Part shown: piece by piece, positions 48,433-62,389 of the stretch
Layout: the number at the start of each line of letters is the position of its first letter
How positions within the stretch are numbered: position 1 is the first letter of the stretch
Assembly (NCBI GenBank): GCA_030264375.1
Contig: JASCQW010000098.1
Location: 41,869,178-41,933,177, forward strand
Length of the DNA stretch: 64,000 bases
Direction: 5' to 3'
From: Carcharhinus longimanus
Taxonomy: Eukaryota
The notes under the pieces: model-generated
Seen by the model: only the letters and a program-made list of their open reading frames with translations
Told to the model about the DNA's origin: nothing
Databases searched by the model: none
Program-made: the position numbers and the translations under genes

Positions 48433-49901
48433 CTATTATGAATTACGAAAGGAATGTGCTGTTTGATTCAATCAGCCAATAAGTGGGATGTCTTGCCTAC
48501 ATACCTGGCACTGCACCAGCACTGAAATTCATACGTATTCCTGTTCCTTTCTCCATGGCAATACCTGATCGTGTCAACTTGCCAACCAATCAATACCCTT
48601 TCCTCCAATGTTTTAAATCGTTGTGATTGTTTGAAATTTCACATTCTTGATGAGTGCTTCATTAACATGCATCCTTTCAGCAATATTCAAGTTCTGTGCT
48701 GCTATTGAAGTGTAATTACTATGGCAATGTAAGAAAATGCAGCAGCAAGTTTACGTACAGCAAATATCCACAAATAACATGAGATAATGATCAGCTAACC
48801 TTTTACTTAGTGATGTGGATGAAGGAAAGATGTTTGCTTGAACACCAGGAAGAACTACCCTACTCTTTAGATAATGCTATTGGGGTCCTTCATACCAACC
48901 TGATATTGTAGATGTGGCCTTGATTTAACACCTTGTCCAAAAGATAGCATCTCCAGTCGTGCAGCATTCCTTCAGGACTGTTCTGAAATGTCAGCCTAGA
49001 TTGCGTGCTTGTGTCTAGAAATAATGCCAAATGTCTTTCAGATACTCTTTGGAAGTGAGACATTAGTCCTTTTACGATTTACACCATCAAAATGGACTCA
49101 ATATACTACAATTTCTCCCCCTCTTTGCTTCTCCATTTTAATTTTCCTTTTAGAGGCATGGATTTGGCATTACGAATAAAGGCAAGCCAAACAGCATTCA
49201 ACGCTATAATGGAGTAAATCACACAGCAACTTCCAAGTTTATACATGTCCAGCTTAATGCAGAAATCCAAAAATGCTCATCTGTCCTACCTTCACACAAA
49301 CTTTGCCATATGGATCCTGCTAATAGACTTGGCATTGCAATCCTTATAAGGGCCTGACAATATGTAGCCCACTAGTTATCCACAACAGCGCACCAAGAAG
49401 GTGAATTCAGATGATTTTTAACACACAATAAGTCTTAGTTATTACCAAGTCACCCTCTGCACTGAATGTTTTATTATACAAATGTGGAACATCAATCCTT
49501 CAGAATTCAATTCATTGGAGATGTAATATTTTTAAACTTTTTCTCTCTGTGCTTTTTATCTCTCTTTCTCTTCATCTCATCTTTATTTCCTTCAGCTTAT
49601 TTTAATTTCTGTACGTGACTTTGCTCTAAATTAAATATTCCATTCTGTGCTTCCTGATTTATTCTCATAGTGTGTTAGTGAGGATTTGCCAATCTGATTG
49701 GGTGAAGAGCCTCACTATTACTTACCCTGTCAGAAGTTCATGTCGAGGCTACCGCACCTAAAATGATCTTTAGCAGCTGTAAATTGCTGATCAAAATCTT
49801 ATGAAAAGTTTCTGGCTATTTCTAGGCATGGTAAACAGTGACTGCTATTCCTTCATTGTTGACTGCAAAATTGAAATCATTATCATCCGAAAATTTTGCA
49901 A

Positions 49902-50246
49902 GGGGCAGCATGGTGGCACAGTGGTTAGCACTGCAGCTTCAGAGCACCAGGGACACAGGTTCAATTCCTGGCTTGGGTTACTGGCCCTGTCTGTGTGGAG
50001 TTTGCACATTCTCCCGTCTGTGTGGGTTTCCTCTGGGTGCACTGGTTCCTTCCACGGACCAAAAATGTGCAGGTTAGGTTGATTGGCCATGCTAAATTGC
50101 TTCTTAGTGTTAGGGGCACATCAGGGGGATTAGTAGGGTAACTATGTGGGGTTATGGGGATAGAACTAGAGTGGGATTGTTGTTAGCGCAGGCCCAGTGG
50201 GCTGAATGCCCTCCCTCTGCACTGTAGGTATTCTATGAAAAAAAAA
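49902..50246 (+). mobile_element. Full-length HE1/V-SINE-like SINE
   Basis: A box tggcacagtgg, B box ggttcaattcc, V-domain gtgtggagtttgcacattctccc...attggccatgctaaattgc, and a CR1-like tail. Confidence 0.88.
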
Positions 50247-50599
50247 GTAGTTTAAAAGATAGGGTACTAGCATTTGATAACTTTTACTTGGGGGATGTGG
50301 TGGCAAGCATTTCACTCCCACCCTCCAAAACTGTCCTGAGAAATATAATTCTGGTTAACTATTAATCTCAATTTTAATCACACGACACAACTTGGAGAGT
50401 AAAGTAAAATTGTCAGTGTCAGATGAGCCATCATGTGCTCATTGAAGAGGAGAAACTGTGTATTGTGAAATTTCTGATTTTTGCCATCTTTCCAGATAGT
50501 TTCACCTTACGTTGACCAACCATCTCAGTCTTCATAGATGGGAACATTTTTATAAAATAAGCAAACCTCCCGTTTTTAGACATTTGGGACTCCTACATT

Positions 50600-53000
50600 A
50601 AAGACAAATTCTCATGCATCGTGCATTTCATGATGGCGTCTTGCCATCAGAACATAGGGAGAGGAGCTCCAAAAAGGGCAAAACAGCCTCCAGACTCAGT
50701 GAGGCCACTGTTGATGCCCTCTTGTATGCAGGATAAACATGATCAGCTATGTCTGAGTGCTGGGAAGTGAAGGAAGACCAGGCAGACTTGTGCTGCACAG
50801 GAGGAGATGGCCCATGAGGTCATTAATTGTGAAGAGGAAATGGCCCAACTGCCACAAAAGGCAGTGTCCTCATCAGTTGACAAGATGAATTTGGCATCAG
50901 TATGAACATTATTTATCCATTGTGATAACAGGTCTCAGAAGTGAATGCAGTAGTTATTTGAGATTAGCTAATCATCAGAAGTTCCATGTTTCCACAAGAA
51001 CAGCTGTCCTAGATCATGCCATGGTGCATTCCAAGCAATGATCTAATTAAATGGTGGTTGGATGGCAGGATCATCTTACAATGCCAGATCATAGGCTTCA
51101 GTCAGGCATGTCCTAATCTTATAATGGGATTGAGACATGATGAATGATAGTTTGAATTTGTTGATGAAATCTCTGTGTCAAATCCATTCAGGAGAAGTGA
51201 GCCCACAACACCTGAGAATGAGCGTGAACTTTGGGGGTACACCAACGTGCAAGTCCCAACACCTTTTGAGGAGCGGCTGCTGGCCCTGCTGGAGTCTACC
51301 ACATACAACAGTATAAGTAGTAGAAAGATTGAAAGAAGGCCTGGATCTGGGGAGACGGCAAAAGTTTGATAAGTGGAGGTGGCTTGTGTTGCTTTAATGG
51401 TGGTTAGGATATATGTTTGGTGAATAGAGTTCACACACTGAAATCTTAACAAGCTTCATGATCAGAAGCTTCACAACATCACACAAAGCTTCATAGTGTC
51501 TGCAAAGTTCATGTCTGTCAGGCTGTGGAAAGGTATGTGTGAGTCGTGTGACGGATGATACACCAAGCAATCTGATACCTGATTGTGTCCTTATTGATTT
51601 CCCTCCGTTACAGGAGGAGCCTGTCCGATGCAGGCTGCAGCAGAAACAATTCAACCATTTTCTTCCTCCTACTCCTACAAGAAACCCTCGGAGGGTGCAA
51701 CATCACAATCCCCTCCCTGCATCCAGCACCATCACAGTTACTGGCACTTCAACAGGATTTAGCATGCCAGACAGGAATCATTCCCAAACTGATGAGGACG
51801 CTTCACATTTACAGAAGCAGCTGCTGGACAGTGTGGTGCACTTTGGTTAGTAGGAGGAGGGTTTGAGGTGATCCAGGAACTAATTCCAAGTTGTGTGGAG
51901 TCATCCATAAGGCAGCAAATGCTGGATGTTCAGTATGAGGTCTGTGAAGCTTTGGCAGCTATGTAGAGAGATTGCAAGCTCCGACCTGGTCCATCCAGGC
52001 CATGAGTGCTGTGATCACCCTCCACCTGTCCAGAAGGGACAGAACCAAGCACACTGTAGACACCAGTGACCTGAACATCATTGCCCTGATTCTGAGATCA
52101 GAGCACAGACCAGGGGAATTTGGAGCTTGGCCACCCGTCCATCTTCTGGAACATCACCATATGGCAGGCGGACCAATTGGAGGATGAGCAGTTGCTGCCT
52201 CCATCTGGGTGGGGGCAGCATCTCTTTCATTCATCGGCCATTGCAACAGGCCTGGACCTTTGACGTGGCGACTCAGGACTCTTGTGTGCATCAGCAAGAA
52301 TATCCTGGAATGGCCACTAAAGGTCACAGCCATACAGAGTACACCCACTAAAATCATCCAGGAGAGGGAAGTGGCAGAACAGATGTCTTCCTCCAATGCA
52401 GCTGAAGTCGGGCTGGGCCGGAGCATTCATAAATGTGTTAGTAAATATCCACATTGGTCACAAACAGGGGCACATGGGTAACATTTTTCTTTAATGATGT
52501 TGTTATGCCTTGAGACTTGATAATAAACACAGAAGTCTCATTCCCTCATGCTTATGTTTTTATTGATAGCTGTGGCTGTGTGACTTGTGACTGAAAGTTG
52601 AGATAAGAATTCAAAAGTTGAGGGAAAGCGGGAGGAGTTGTTTAAATGTGTGCANNNNNNNNNNNNNNNNNNNNNNNNNNNNNNNNNNNNNNNNNNNNNN
52701 NNNNNNNNNNNNNNNNNNNNNNNNNNNNNNNNNNNNNNNNNNNNNNNNNNNNNNAGCGGGAGGAGTTGTTTAAATGTGTGGATTGATGGAGAAGGTTTGG
52801 AAGTAGGGTTTTAGGTCTCTTTCATTGCAACTGGGAGATGAAGGGAAATATTTCACTAAACTTGTTATTGCCCTTGAAAGCCTAAGTCGTCTTCTGCATT
52901 GTATCTCACATAGTTGCAGGTAGTTGAATCATTGCCTATATACCCTTGGGTTTGTGTCTCCGAGAGGGTTTCTAGACTCTTGCTGAACATTGTGATCTGA
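50600..53000. mobile_element. Decayed PIF/Harbinger transposon: Myb/SANT gene remnant (+) with a convergent transposase fragment (-, ~52840-52960)
   Basis: Plus strand: ASRLSEATVDALL and EK*AHN...VPTPFEERLLALL. Minus strand: FNYLQLCEIQCRRRLRLSR, resembling the HARBI1-like N-terminus. Confidence 0.6.
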
Positions 53001-53444
53001 TGCTGCCCTGTTCTCTTCCTGAGCACCCGTAGCCTCTCTCTGATCCCTTATCCCTCTCACCATTCACCTCCTCTGAATCCTTCTCACTGGGGGTTGTATC
53101 TCCAACAAAGACCAATATCTCCATCTGTCTCTGGGAGTTTTCATCCCTCATCACTGGGCTATGGTCAGGAGACTATTAAATGAACAATCAAAACAGCCCT
53201 CCAAATAAAAGAAGATTCCTACCATTAAGAAAATATCCACAATGCAACTTTGCCCAGGAAAATGAGCAGCTTCTGCAGCCAATGGAGAAATCTAGCTGGA
53301 AGTTGGCAGAGGGCACTGTGTAGGACTGGTCCCCTCTACAGGCTCTTCTTCATCTCCATATGGTGCGGCAAACTTAGACACACTGCAATTGCAGTCCCCA
53401 TACCTGTTATAGCCTTTTTGAGGACAGTGCACCTAATCAAATTT

Positions 53445-53755
53445 GGGCGTCATGGTGGCATAGTGGTTAGCACTGCTACCCCACAGTGCCAGCGACCCAG
53501 GTTCAACTCTGGGCTCAGGTCTCTGTGTGGAATTTGCACATTCTCCCTGTGTTTGTGTAGGTTTCCTCTGAGTGCTCCGGTTTCTTTAAAGATGTATGGA
53601 TTAGGTTGATTGGCCATGCTAAATTGCCTCTTAGTGTCAGGGATATTATCAAGGTAAATATGTGGGGTTATAGGAATAGGGTCTGGATAGGATTGTGGCC
53701 TTGCAGACTTGATGGGCCAAATGGCCTCCTTCTGCACTTTTGGGACTCTATGAAT
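53445..53755 (+). mobile_element. Full-length HE1/V-SINE-like SINE
   Basis: Same structure as 49902-50246. Confidence 0.88.
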
Positions 53756-54644
53756 CCTCTTCCTTCCCATGAGGATGCAGCAACGTTTCCTGCCAAATCC
53801 TGAAACTCGCCACAATACCTTCAAAACACCCCAGAGTATTTCCAGATATTTACAATAGCAGAATTTGTTCAAGATCATCTTACCTACAAGTTGAATGCCT
53901 GTCCCTTTAAGTATTGCTAGGGAAGGACTCCCCTGTAGTTAAATTGTAGATTCTTTGGCAAATGACATGTAAATTGAATCAACCAGCATGGTCCGAATTT
54001 AGTAAGTGTGTGTCACACCAGCTGGTGGGGTTGTGTGGCATCACAATAGCATAGATTCAGTTGCTTTTGGTGCTGGCAGGGGATGCCACATGAACAGTTT
54101 TCACAAGGTTATTCACCACATGGGCTATGCTAGAAGTGGGTGGTGGCACTCCAGGATGGTGATAGACTTCAGTCACACTACCATCTACTAATAGGAATCC
54201 TAACTTATCAATGGCCAGCTCCATCTTTCTGCCAGATCAAAATTAAATATACACACTTTTAATAATATATTCAATAGAAAAAGCAGAAAATAATATCTGA
54301 AACATTGCCTGTAACTCTATGGCTCATTTACCCTCCAAAGAGCAATTATAAAGGCATTTTAATATGATCCGATACAACAGTGTGTGCATAATAAATGACA
54401 AGAATGAGCTCTTTTTTAATAGGCTTTACTCTGGGAAAAATAAGATTTCCAATAATTAAATTGGATAACAGTTTTAAATTTCAAGCACTAATTTTCTGCA
54501 TCGTGTGAACTCAATTCTCTATGTGTCTATGCAGCACAAGGAATTCAGCAGCTAGCAACAACATCAGATATCCCTTATTCAAATTGTTAAACCAATTGTC
54601 TCTGTTATGGTTTGTAACCATCACTAGTTTAATTTGATAATCCT

Positions 54645-56310
54645 TGGGTGAAACCTTACCAAAAAACGGCAGTTGGTTCCAATGCAAAAGACAGAGTGAT
54701 TTTCACCGATGGAATTGATGTGATTTCAGACTGAATCTCATGCCCCATGAGTAAGAATTTTTATGCCCATGAGAATCATGTCGCATTGTGGTATGTTCCC
54801 TCTGATTTGCTCGCCCCCAACAACTTAATTGCCGCAAGCACTGGGCAAATGCTATATAAACAGCTCCCCAGGACTTGTTCCACAGTGACCGTAGGGAACG
54901 GCAACCAAGAAGTCCGCACCTCACCTTTTGGAGGGCATCCTGACCAAACTGTTCTTGGGGTGGAGCAGAGGCGGGATACACTCTACCCCCGCTCCAGCAG
55001 GGTCACCACCCTTGCCTGGGATGCAATGGTGCCCTGATGAGCGCAAGCACACTCCAGAAGAGTGAAGCAGGGACAGCAGAGCATTGTAATAATCCTCAAG
55101 ACGCGTCATGCAGCAGTGTCGGAAGACAATGAATGATGTTCTTCATTCAGCCAGGGTAAGTGAACCATCCCAGGTACCCCTCTGGATGCCCTCACACACT
55201 CATCACGCCTCTAACTTCATCTTTCACTCAGTCACCTTGACCTTTGCCAACACCAGGCACCAGCACAATCACAATCACTACGTTCTGCCAGTACCTGCTA
55301 TGCTCCTCACACTCCAGCTTCCATTCAAACCCCATGCCTGCCACACATCATCCCCATCTTCAACCTCACCATTCCTACCTACAGTCATTGCAGGACAAAC
55401 TCTACAACAAGTATGAATGGCTACAGCCAACTGGAGGCATGCCTGAGCTGAGAACCCTCACATGTTTCAAGGAGCAAGACCTCGAGCTGCCCAAGGAGCA
55501 AGAAAAATCTACACCGGTGCTACAAGTGAAGTGAGGACAGCAGAGCAGTGTGAGAATCCTCAAGACTCGTCATTCTTCAAGTCGCAAATAAGTAATCAAT
55601 GTTCCTCCCTGTCTTCCCTGTAATGCACTAATGCCATCTCCCTTCTATTGCAGGCAAAGCAGCTGAACTGACCTGACCATCCTCATGCCCCCTGAACCCA
55701 TTGGACATGAACAGCTCCATGGGAGATTTCTCCAATCCCATCATGGAAGAGGCATCACTGCTGTCATGCACACCCAGCACATTCACAGACACACCTGGGT
55801 GGGATCACTAAGTAGACAGGCTTCTGCATTACTCACTGGTGAGCACCTCACAGCTGAAGATCTACAGCAGGCAGAGGCAGGGATGTCCCAGGGAACCAGC
55901 ACTGGGAGGGATGCTGGAGGGCAGGACTCTGCCTAGTCCCTGACTGATGATGTTCCCTGGACCCAGTTGTCCCACAGCAGCTGGAGCTGCAAAGGTAGAG
56001 TGCAAATCTCAGGAACGGTTGACAGCATCCTTCCTTGGCATGCAAGGCCAACTGGAGGAGTCCTATTGTCTTCTGTCTGAGGAGATGGTGCTGTCATTTC
56101 AGCACAACAAGACCAACGCTGCAAGGGTGGCGACTGCAGTGGAGACCTTGGCAGGACATGCACTCCATGACAAGAGATGTCTGCACCATGGTTCAGCTCA
56201 GGACCTGTATGTCTGGGGGCATGAGTTACATGGTGCAGGCACTAAAAACTTGATGCACTCGGCCATTTTTACTTTGTCCCCATTGATATAGACAGGGAAT
56301 CCACAAATCC
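54645..56310 (+). mobile_element. Decayed Harbinger element, Myb/SANT-like ORF with introns
   Basis: KSAPHLLEGILTKLFLGVEQRRDTLYP...AWDAM...QQCRKTMNDVLHSAR|gtaagt, then ttgcag|DKL...TGGMPELRTLTCFKEQDLEL; contains stops and frameshifts. Confidence 0.7.
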
Positions 56311-57231
56311 ATGCAGATGNNNNNNNNNNNNNNNNNNNNNNNNNNNNNNNNNNNNNNNNNNNNNNNNNNNNNNNNNNNNNNNNNNNNNNNNNNNNNNNNN
56401 NNNNNNNNNNNNNNNNNNNACAGTCTGAAAGATGTGTTAGCGCATTGGCCATGCTAAATTCTCCCTCAGTGTACCCAAACAGGCACCAGAATGTGGCGAC
56501 TAAGGGATTTTCACAGTAACTTCAATGTTAATGTAAGCTCACTTGTGACACTAATAAATAAACTTTAAATGAAGGAATGTCATTGTTACACTCCCAGGAC
56601 ATATTGTCATACTAACAGAAATAGGACAGTGGGAATCATTTTCTGTAAGGCTAGTTAGCGCAGCCACAGACACTTCTGAGTTCAAGTAGACATCTGCGGC
56701 AACCTGGATTTGTAACAATCAGATTGTTTACACCAGGAATACACACCATGATGAGATCATTGATCTCTGTTGGAGTTTATAAGATATTAGAAGCACTCCT
56801 TTAAAAGAAAGAACTTGCACTTATCCCACGCCTTTCACAATTTTAGGGCTTCCTAAAGGGCACATTTGAAGCATAGTCATTGTTGTAAAGTGGGAAAATC
56901 CAGCAGACAATTTGCACTCAGCAATGTCTGACAAGCAGCAAATAAATAAATTATCAGATCATCTGATTCAAATGGTGGTTGAGTGCTAAGTGTTGGCCTG
57001 GATTCTGGAAGGACTTCTGAGCTCTTGTTCCAATAATGCTATGGGATCCTTCACTCTTAAGCATTTAATTGCAAAGCTTTTTCCCCTCCAAGCACATATT
57101 GTACATAATTTCCCTCAAGAAATCTCGAGGTTGCCATTGGTGACTGATAATTGTTCTGCAGCTGCTTCAAGAGGCTGTATTTTCTAACAGGTGTGGGAAC
57201 TGGTCTAGGTAGCGAACTTTCTAACAGGCGT

Positions 57232-57580
57232 GGGCGGCAAGTTGGCACAGTGGTTAGCACTGCTGCTTCACAGCGCCGGGGAGCCAGGCTTGATTCCAGC
57301 CTTGGGTGATTGTCTGTGTGGAGCTTGCATGTTCTCCCTGTGTCTGCGTGGGTTTCCTTTGGGTGCTCAGGTTTTCTCCCGCAGTCCAAAAACGTGCAGG
57401 TTAGATGGATTGGCTGTGCTAAATTGCTCTGTAGTGCCACATGATGTATAGGTTAGGGGGATTAGTGGGGTAAATACATGGGATATGGGGATAGGTCCGG
57501 GATAAGATTTTTGAAAAGGTAGGTTGGTGTTGACTTGATGGGCTGAATGGCCTCCTCCTGTACTGTAGGGATTCTAACTC
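57232..57580 (+). mobile_element. Full-length HE1/V-SINE-like SINE
   Basis: gggcggcaagttggcacagtggttagcactgctgcttcacagcgcc head, V domain and tail. Confidence 0.88.
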
Positions 57581-59009
57581 TGTTTTGGTACCTCTTCGTG
57601 CCTGTTTGGTGAGCTTCCCAGAGGCAGCCAATGAACAAGCTGCCTCCGGAAGCCCTGTCCAATTATGATGGGGCACTGCACAGGCCAATTGGAAGGTTGT
57701 ACGTCACCGAGGTTCAATTCCCAGCTCGGGCCACTTTCAGTGTGGAGTCTGCACATTCTCCCTGTATCGGTGTGGGATTCCTCCAGGCGCTCCGGTTTCC
57801 TCCCACAGTCCAAAAGATGTGCTGGTTAGGTTCATTGGCCAAGCTAAATTCTCCCTCAGTGTACCCAAACAGGCGCCAGAATGTGGCTCCACCAGGAGAG
57901 GTGGGTGTTGCTAATGCTGTATAAGACAGCAAGGGAACCTCAAGATGGAGATGCCATCCAAAGTCTTCTTAAATTGTTAAAATCAAATGTGGCCATAACT
58001 GCCAAGTCACCATTGCTGAGGGGGACCCCTCCACTGGTAGCTCTGGAAGGCAGGGATTTAAAATGGCAATGATGAATCCCAGCTTGCAATTGGGAGGCCC
58101 CCTGGAGAGCTGTCAGGCTTTACACTTGTGGACAGGAAGCGAAAATACTGGTGCCAATGCAAAATAACCAAATAGTCTTATCTGGCTTCCCACCTTCATG
58201 AAGCGGGAAGATAACCCAAGTCCCAGCCCAGAGCTGGAAGACTCCCAAGGTCAGGAATGTAAGAGGAGCTGTCCCAGTCAAGCTCCTCCCTATTTTCCTG
58301 GCTGGCAGCCCAACCTCTTCCACACCTTTCTTCACAGGGTTGAGAAAATTTGGCCCTAAGTTTCTAGACTCCCTTCCACCATTTTGTGTGTTGTGCCTTT
58401 CTCCCAATTCCCTCACTGACAGCTTCTCTTTCCAATGTGAGGGAATTCCCTTTCAAACAGTGCAACAAAATATAATTTTAGAAAGCAATTAACCTTTATG
58501 ACCGCAGCTGTTACTTGTGCATGCCTGAGGGCTTACGCTTCGAATCACTTATACTGAGATAGACAAAGACTTTTTTGAAGATGGATTGCACATACATTCA
58601 GCAAATCTAAAAATATAATTGCCATCGTGATGCCATTTTTCATCAATATGAAATGTGACACCCCCACTATCCAACCATCTGCAATCATTGCCAATGAAAA
58701 ACTTATATACAATTTTTGATTTGACATTTTGATCTAGAATTATTTTCTGTATAAGTCAATGAATGGAAGAATAATCTGAATAAAATTTTAATACCATCAC
58801 TAGTGATTCTGTGTCGATGGCTGCTACAACTGTTTAATGAGTGTTACATAAACAAAATACACACATTTTAAAAGGGAAAATAATCAATTAACCAAATTGT
58901 TTTTAAAAAATCATAACCTCTGTGTGGCACAGTCAGTAAACATTATTGGGTTAAGATTTCAGTTCAATTCCTGGTTCCTCCTGAGGTGAGGTAGTTGATC
59001 TTTGATCTG

Positions 59010-59318
59010 AATCACAGAATTCCTACATTGCAGAAGGAGGCCATTCAGCCCATCAAGTCTGTACTGACAACAATCTGACCCAGGCCCAATCCCCATATGT
59101 TTACCCTGTGAATCCACCTGACACGAAGAGTCAATTTAGCAAGGCCAATCAACCTGCACATCTTTGGACCGTGGAGGGAAACCGGAGCAGCCGGAGGAAA
59201 CCCACAGATATGGGAAGAACATGGAAACTGCACACCAACAGTCACCTGAGGTGGGAATTGAATCAGGGTCCCTGGCTCTATGAGGCGGCAGTGCTAACCA
59301 CAGTATCACCATGCCATG
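59010..59318 (-). mobile_element. Full-length HE1/V-SINE-like SINE
   Basis: Reverse complement of the 49902 and 53445 copies. Confidence 0.85.
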
Positions 59319-59719
59319 ATTTATAACTGCAACATGTATTGGGATAAAGTGTAAATTATTGTTCCTTGTATGCTATACAGATAAAACATACTGCTCAGAG
59401 AGTAAAGAAGGAAAGGAGAGGGTGCAGGATAGAATGTGACAGTCACAGGGTGTAGAGAAATATCAAGGATGGAAAGGTTGGCAAGGCCTCAGCATCCAAA
59501 TCTAAGCAAAAGAGGAAATAAGGCAAGAAGTAGGAAACAGGATTCACTGTTCGCTAGTGGTTTTGTTCACACAGTACCCAATAAGCTTTTCTATTACCAG
59601 CCAGTGCATGTTCATTGAATGCTCTGCACACACACTTTTAATCCAGCTAAGCAGCTCCTTCTCCTGCTCTCCTCTGGCATGAGTTGGGAGGAAGGCATTT
59701 GTAAAATAGATGCCCTCAA

Positions 59720-61200
59720 AATTAAGGCCCAGATTTTCATTCCTAGGCACAGAGTTTGGGAAATTCACGGTTCAATGAACCTGCTTTTTAAAAATGGCGT
59801 CCTGCAGTTCTGGTTTCCGTTCCAAGTGGCGTGGGCTGCAGTAGAAGTCAGACCTATTATCTCCAGAATGAATGTGGAGGCTTCTAGATATGTAGACGGT
59901 CTGGGCAGAAAACCTGCTTCTGTACTCCAATACTCCACTGTCTGGCCCTCACCAACTCCATGCTCACAAATGCCACCCTATGAACCCCCCTCCCCCCCCC
60001 AGCCTCTCATGTCCTCATTATTCTTTCATGGAATGTGGACACTGAACAAAGAACAAAGAGCAACACAGCACAGGAACAGGCCCTTCGGCCCTCCAAGCCT
60101 GCGCCGCTCATGAGCCCAACTAAGTCATTCGTTTGTATCCCTCTATTCCCAACGTGAACGTGTAAAGGATTGGTGGAAATACAGCCCAGGGCCCTCCAGT
60201 CAGGGTACCCTTGGTGTCACCAGCGCAGTTGACATCCCCTTCTTGTGAGCGACCCACATCCTATCCCTGACACCGAGGAGAGCAGCAGTCAACCATTTGT
60301 GCTGCACGAAAGCAGGTCAGGACCCTTCAGGGGACCTCTGCCAAGATCCTCTCAGACAACAGGGCATGGAAGTCAGCAGGCTGCCTCAACCTCTGATGTG
60401 GATCCTGAGCATGCATCTAGATTGAGCATGAGCGTGAGGAAGATGAAGAAACAGCAGGTAATTAGTGAGCAGAGATGAATGTAGGAACCAGAGAGGTCAC
60501 CTTTGTATTGAATATTGTCATTAAATTTCACTTGTTCACTCATAGAGCCTCCACTCTGTCTGTTAATGCTAACAAGATTGGGGGAACCACCGCGCTCACC
60601 CAACGCCTCATCCCTGTGGAGTATGAGAATGGCAGTGCTATGTCCCTCTCAACCCAGCAATGCAGTAAGGAGCCACTGCTGCTGGCAGCCCCCAACACCA
60701 CCTTCTCCCACCCCCACAATCCCATTCCCTCATTCCCTGACCCCCATTCATGGAAGGGTGAAATCCCTTGCTCCCCCTGCCTCCATCAAAGCACACTCCT
60801 CTCATGTGTTCACTAGTGACCATGAGGTGTAGGGCTGCCAGATTGCCCACTTGGCTAGAAGATGAATGTGATTACCAGCACCCCTGATGTGGGTAGTTCC
60901 TGCAGTAGCTGACACTACGCATCCTGTGTTTTGGAGTCCTGTGTTAACCCTAGTTGATGAGAGGATGCATTAAGCTGTCTGTTAGGCAGGCATCACTGAG
61001 AATGAGAGGAGTATTGCTCTGTCTTCAATGCAAGTCATCATCATTCTCCTGCAGAATCTGGCCAATGGCTTCAGCGCCTGCCCATGAAGTGTGGCAATAG
61101 CATGTGCTTACTGCTGGCACCATATAATTGGTTAGATGTTAGTCCCCATGATGATGAGCTCATTGCTTCCTAGTACTGCTCATCCTCAAAGCATGATGCC
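59720..61200. mobile_element. Probable Harbinger-derived remnant with a nested SINE/CR1 tail (60045-60155, minus)
   Basis: TIR-like ggcccagattttc start; segment 60340-60530 resembles the 3' end of the 50.6-52.5 kb Myb remnant. Confidence 0.4.
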
Positions 61201-62389
61201 ATGTGGACATTCCTAGCCATGATCTTATTGAATGGCAAAGCAGGTTCAACAGGCTGAGTGTAAGGTTTAGAGTTTGAGATAATAAAACTGTTCAAATTAA
61301 AAAATACTTTTTACATTTTAAATTTTTACAATTTCTCACACTAACATCAATTATGGTTGACCTACAAGGTATGAATAATGTGCATTTATAAAGTAGAGTT
61401 TATTAAGCAAGATTTTACTTATATTTAACAAAAAGCAGTGAAGACAACATAGAAGTTTCTTATCTCTTAAGGTCCCAGGAACTTTTGGGTGTTGTCAGCA
61501 CAAGCACTGTCTCTCTTCTTTGTCTATGAAGTGATGCTGAACTGTGTCCAGAAGAGTCATACCTCAAAAGCCATGGTGTCACTGTGCCAATGAGGATTAC
61601 AATGTCTCAGCTTTCATTCACAAGTCTTCCATTCTTCTTTTTTTGGAGATGGTCCGAACTAACTCCTCCTCTTGGCTATATGATGCAAACCACCTCTTTC
61701 CACCTCACTTTTGCAACGACTTCTGTTTCATGAGTCATAAACTCCATCACCACCAAATGTACATCTCCTTCCAGCTACTAAGAAGCTATAAATAAAATCA
61801 CATTCTCTTGTTAACATATCTTAACCCAAGCTCCACACCAAAGCTATTAAAATCAACAGTTAAAACCACTTGCCATCATAAATTCAGAGAATAAAGATTT
61901 CTTCTCTGGTACAGAATAATTAAAGCAATGAATGGTTTGTTTAACCATCCTGTCATATTAAGTTCAATGTGTTTAGCTGTTCCTTAAAATTGATTTAAAA
62001 ACAAACATCTAGTTGTATTTTGGCCATTAAGACAGCTTCAGCCCAAGACTCAAGTGAGCTCTACCATAACACAATAAATCAATATGATTCCTTCACAAAC
62101 AATGGCTTTCCTGTTCCCCAACCACCTTGACGGTTAATTGCTTAACAGGACTTTCATCTAACCATTTTGAAAGTGGCTAATTTAAAAGTTCGTAAACCGT
62201 AGTCCACCCTGTACAAAACCCTGAGAAATCATGTATTTTTATCAAAACCATACAGGAGTGACCTATTCCTGCTCCTAATTCATGTGTTCATATGTAATCT
62301 AATTCAAGCATACTATAGGCATTACACTTTCCATACCCTTACTTATATATCTTCCTTAATACTCAGCTGAAGATTCCATTCCACTCTGG

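Noticed and set aside
49902-49975. tRNA genes at SINE heads (also 53445, 57232, 59250-59318)
   Set aside because: A and B boxes continue directly into SINE bodies; tRNA-derived SINEs, not tRNA genes.
59619-60113. 164-aa ORF
   Set aside because: Runs through a DNA-element terminus and into a SINE tail; not a coherent protein.
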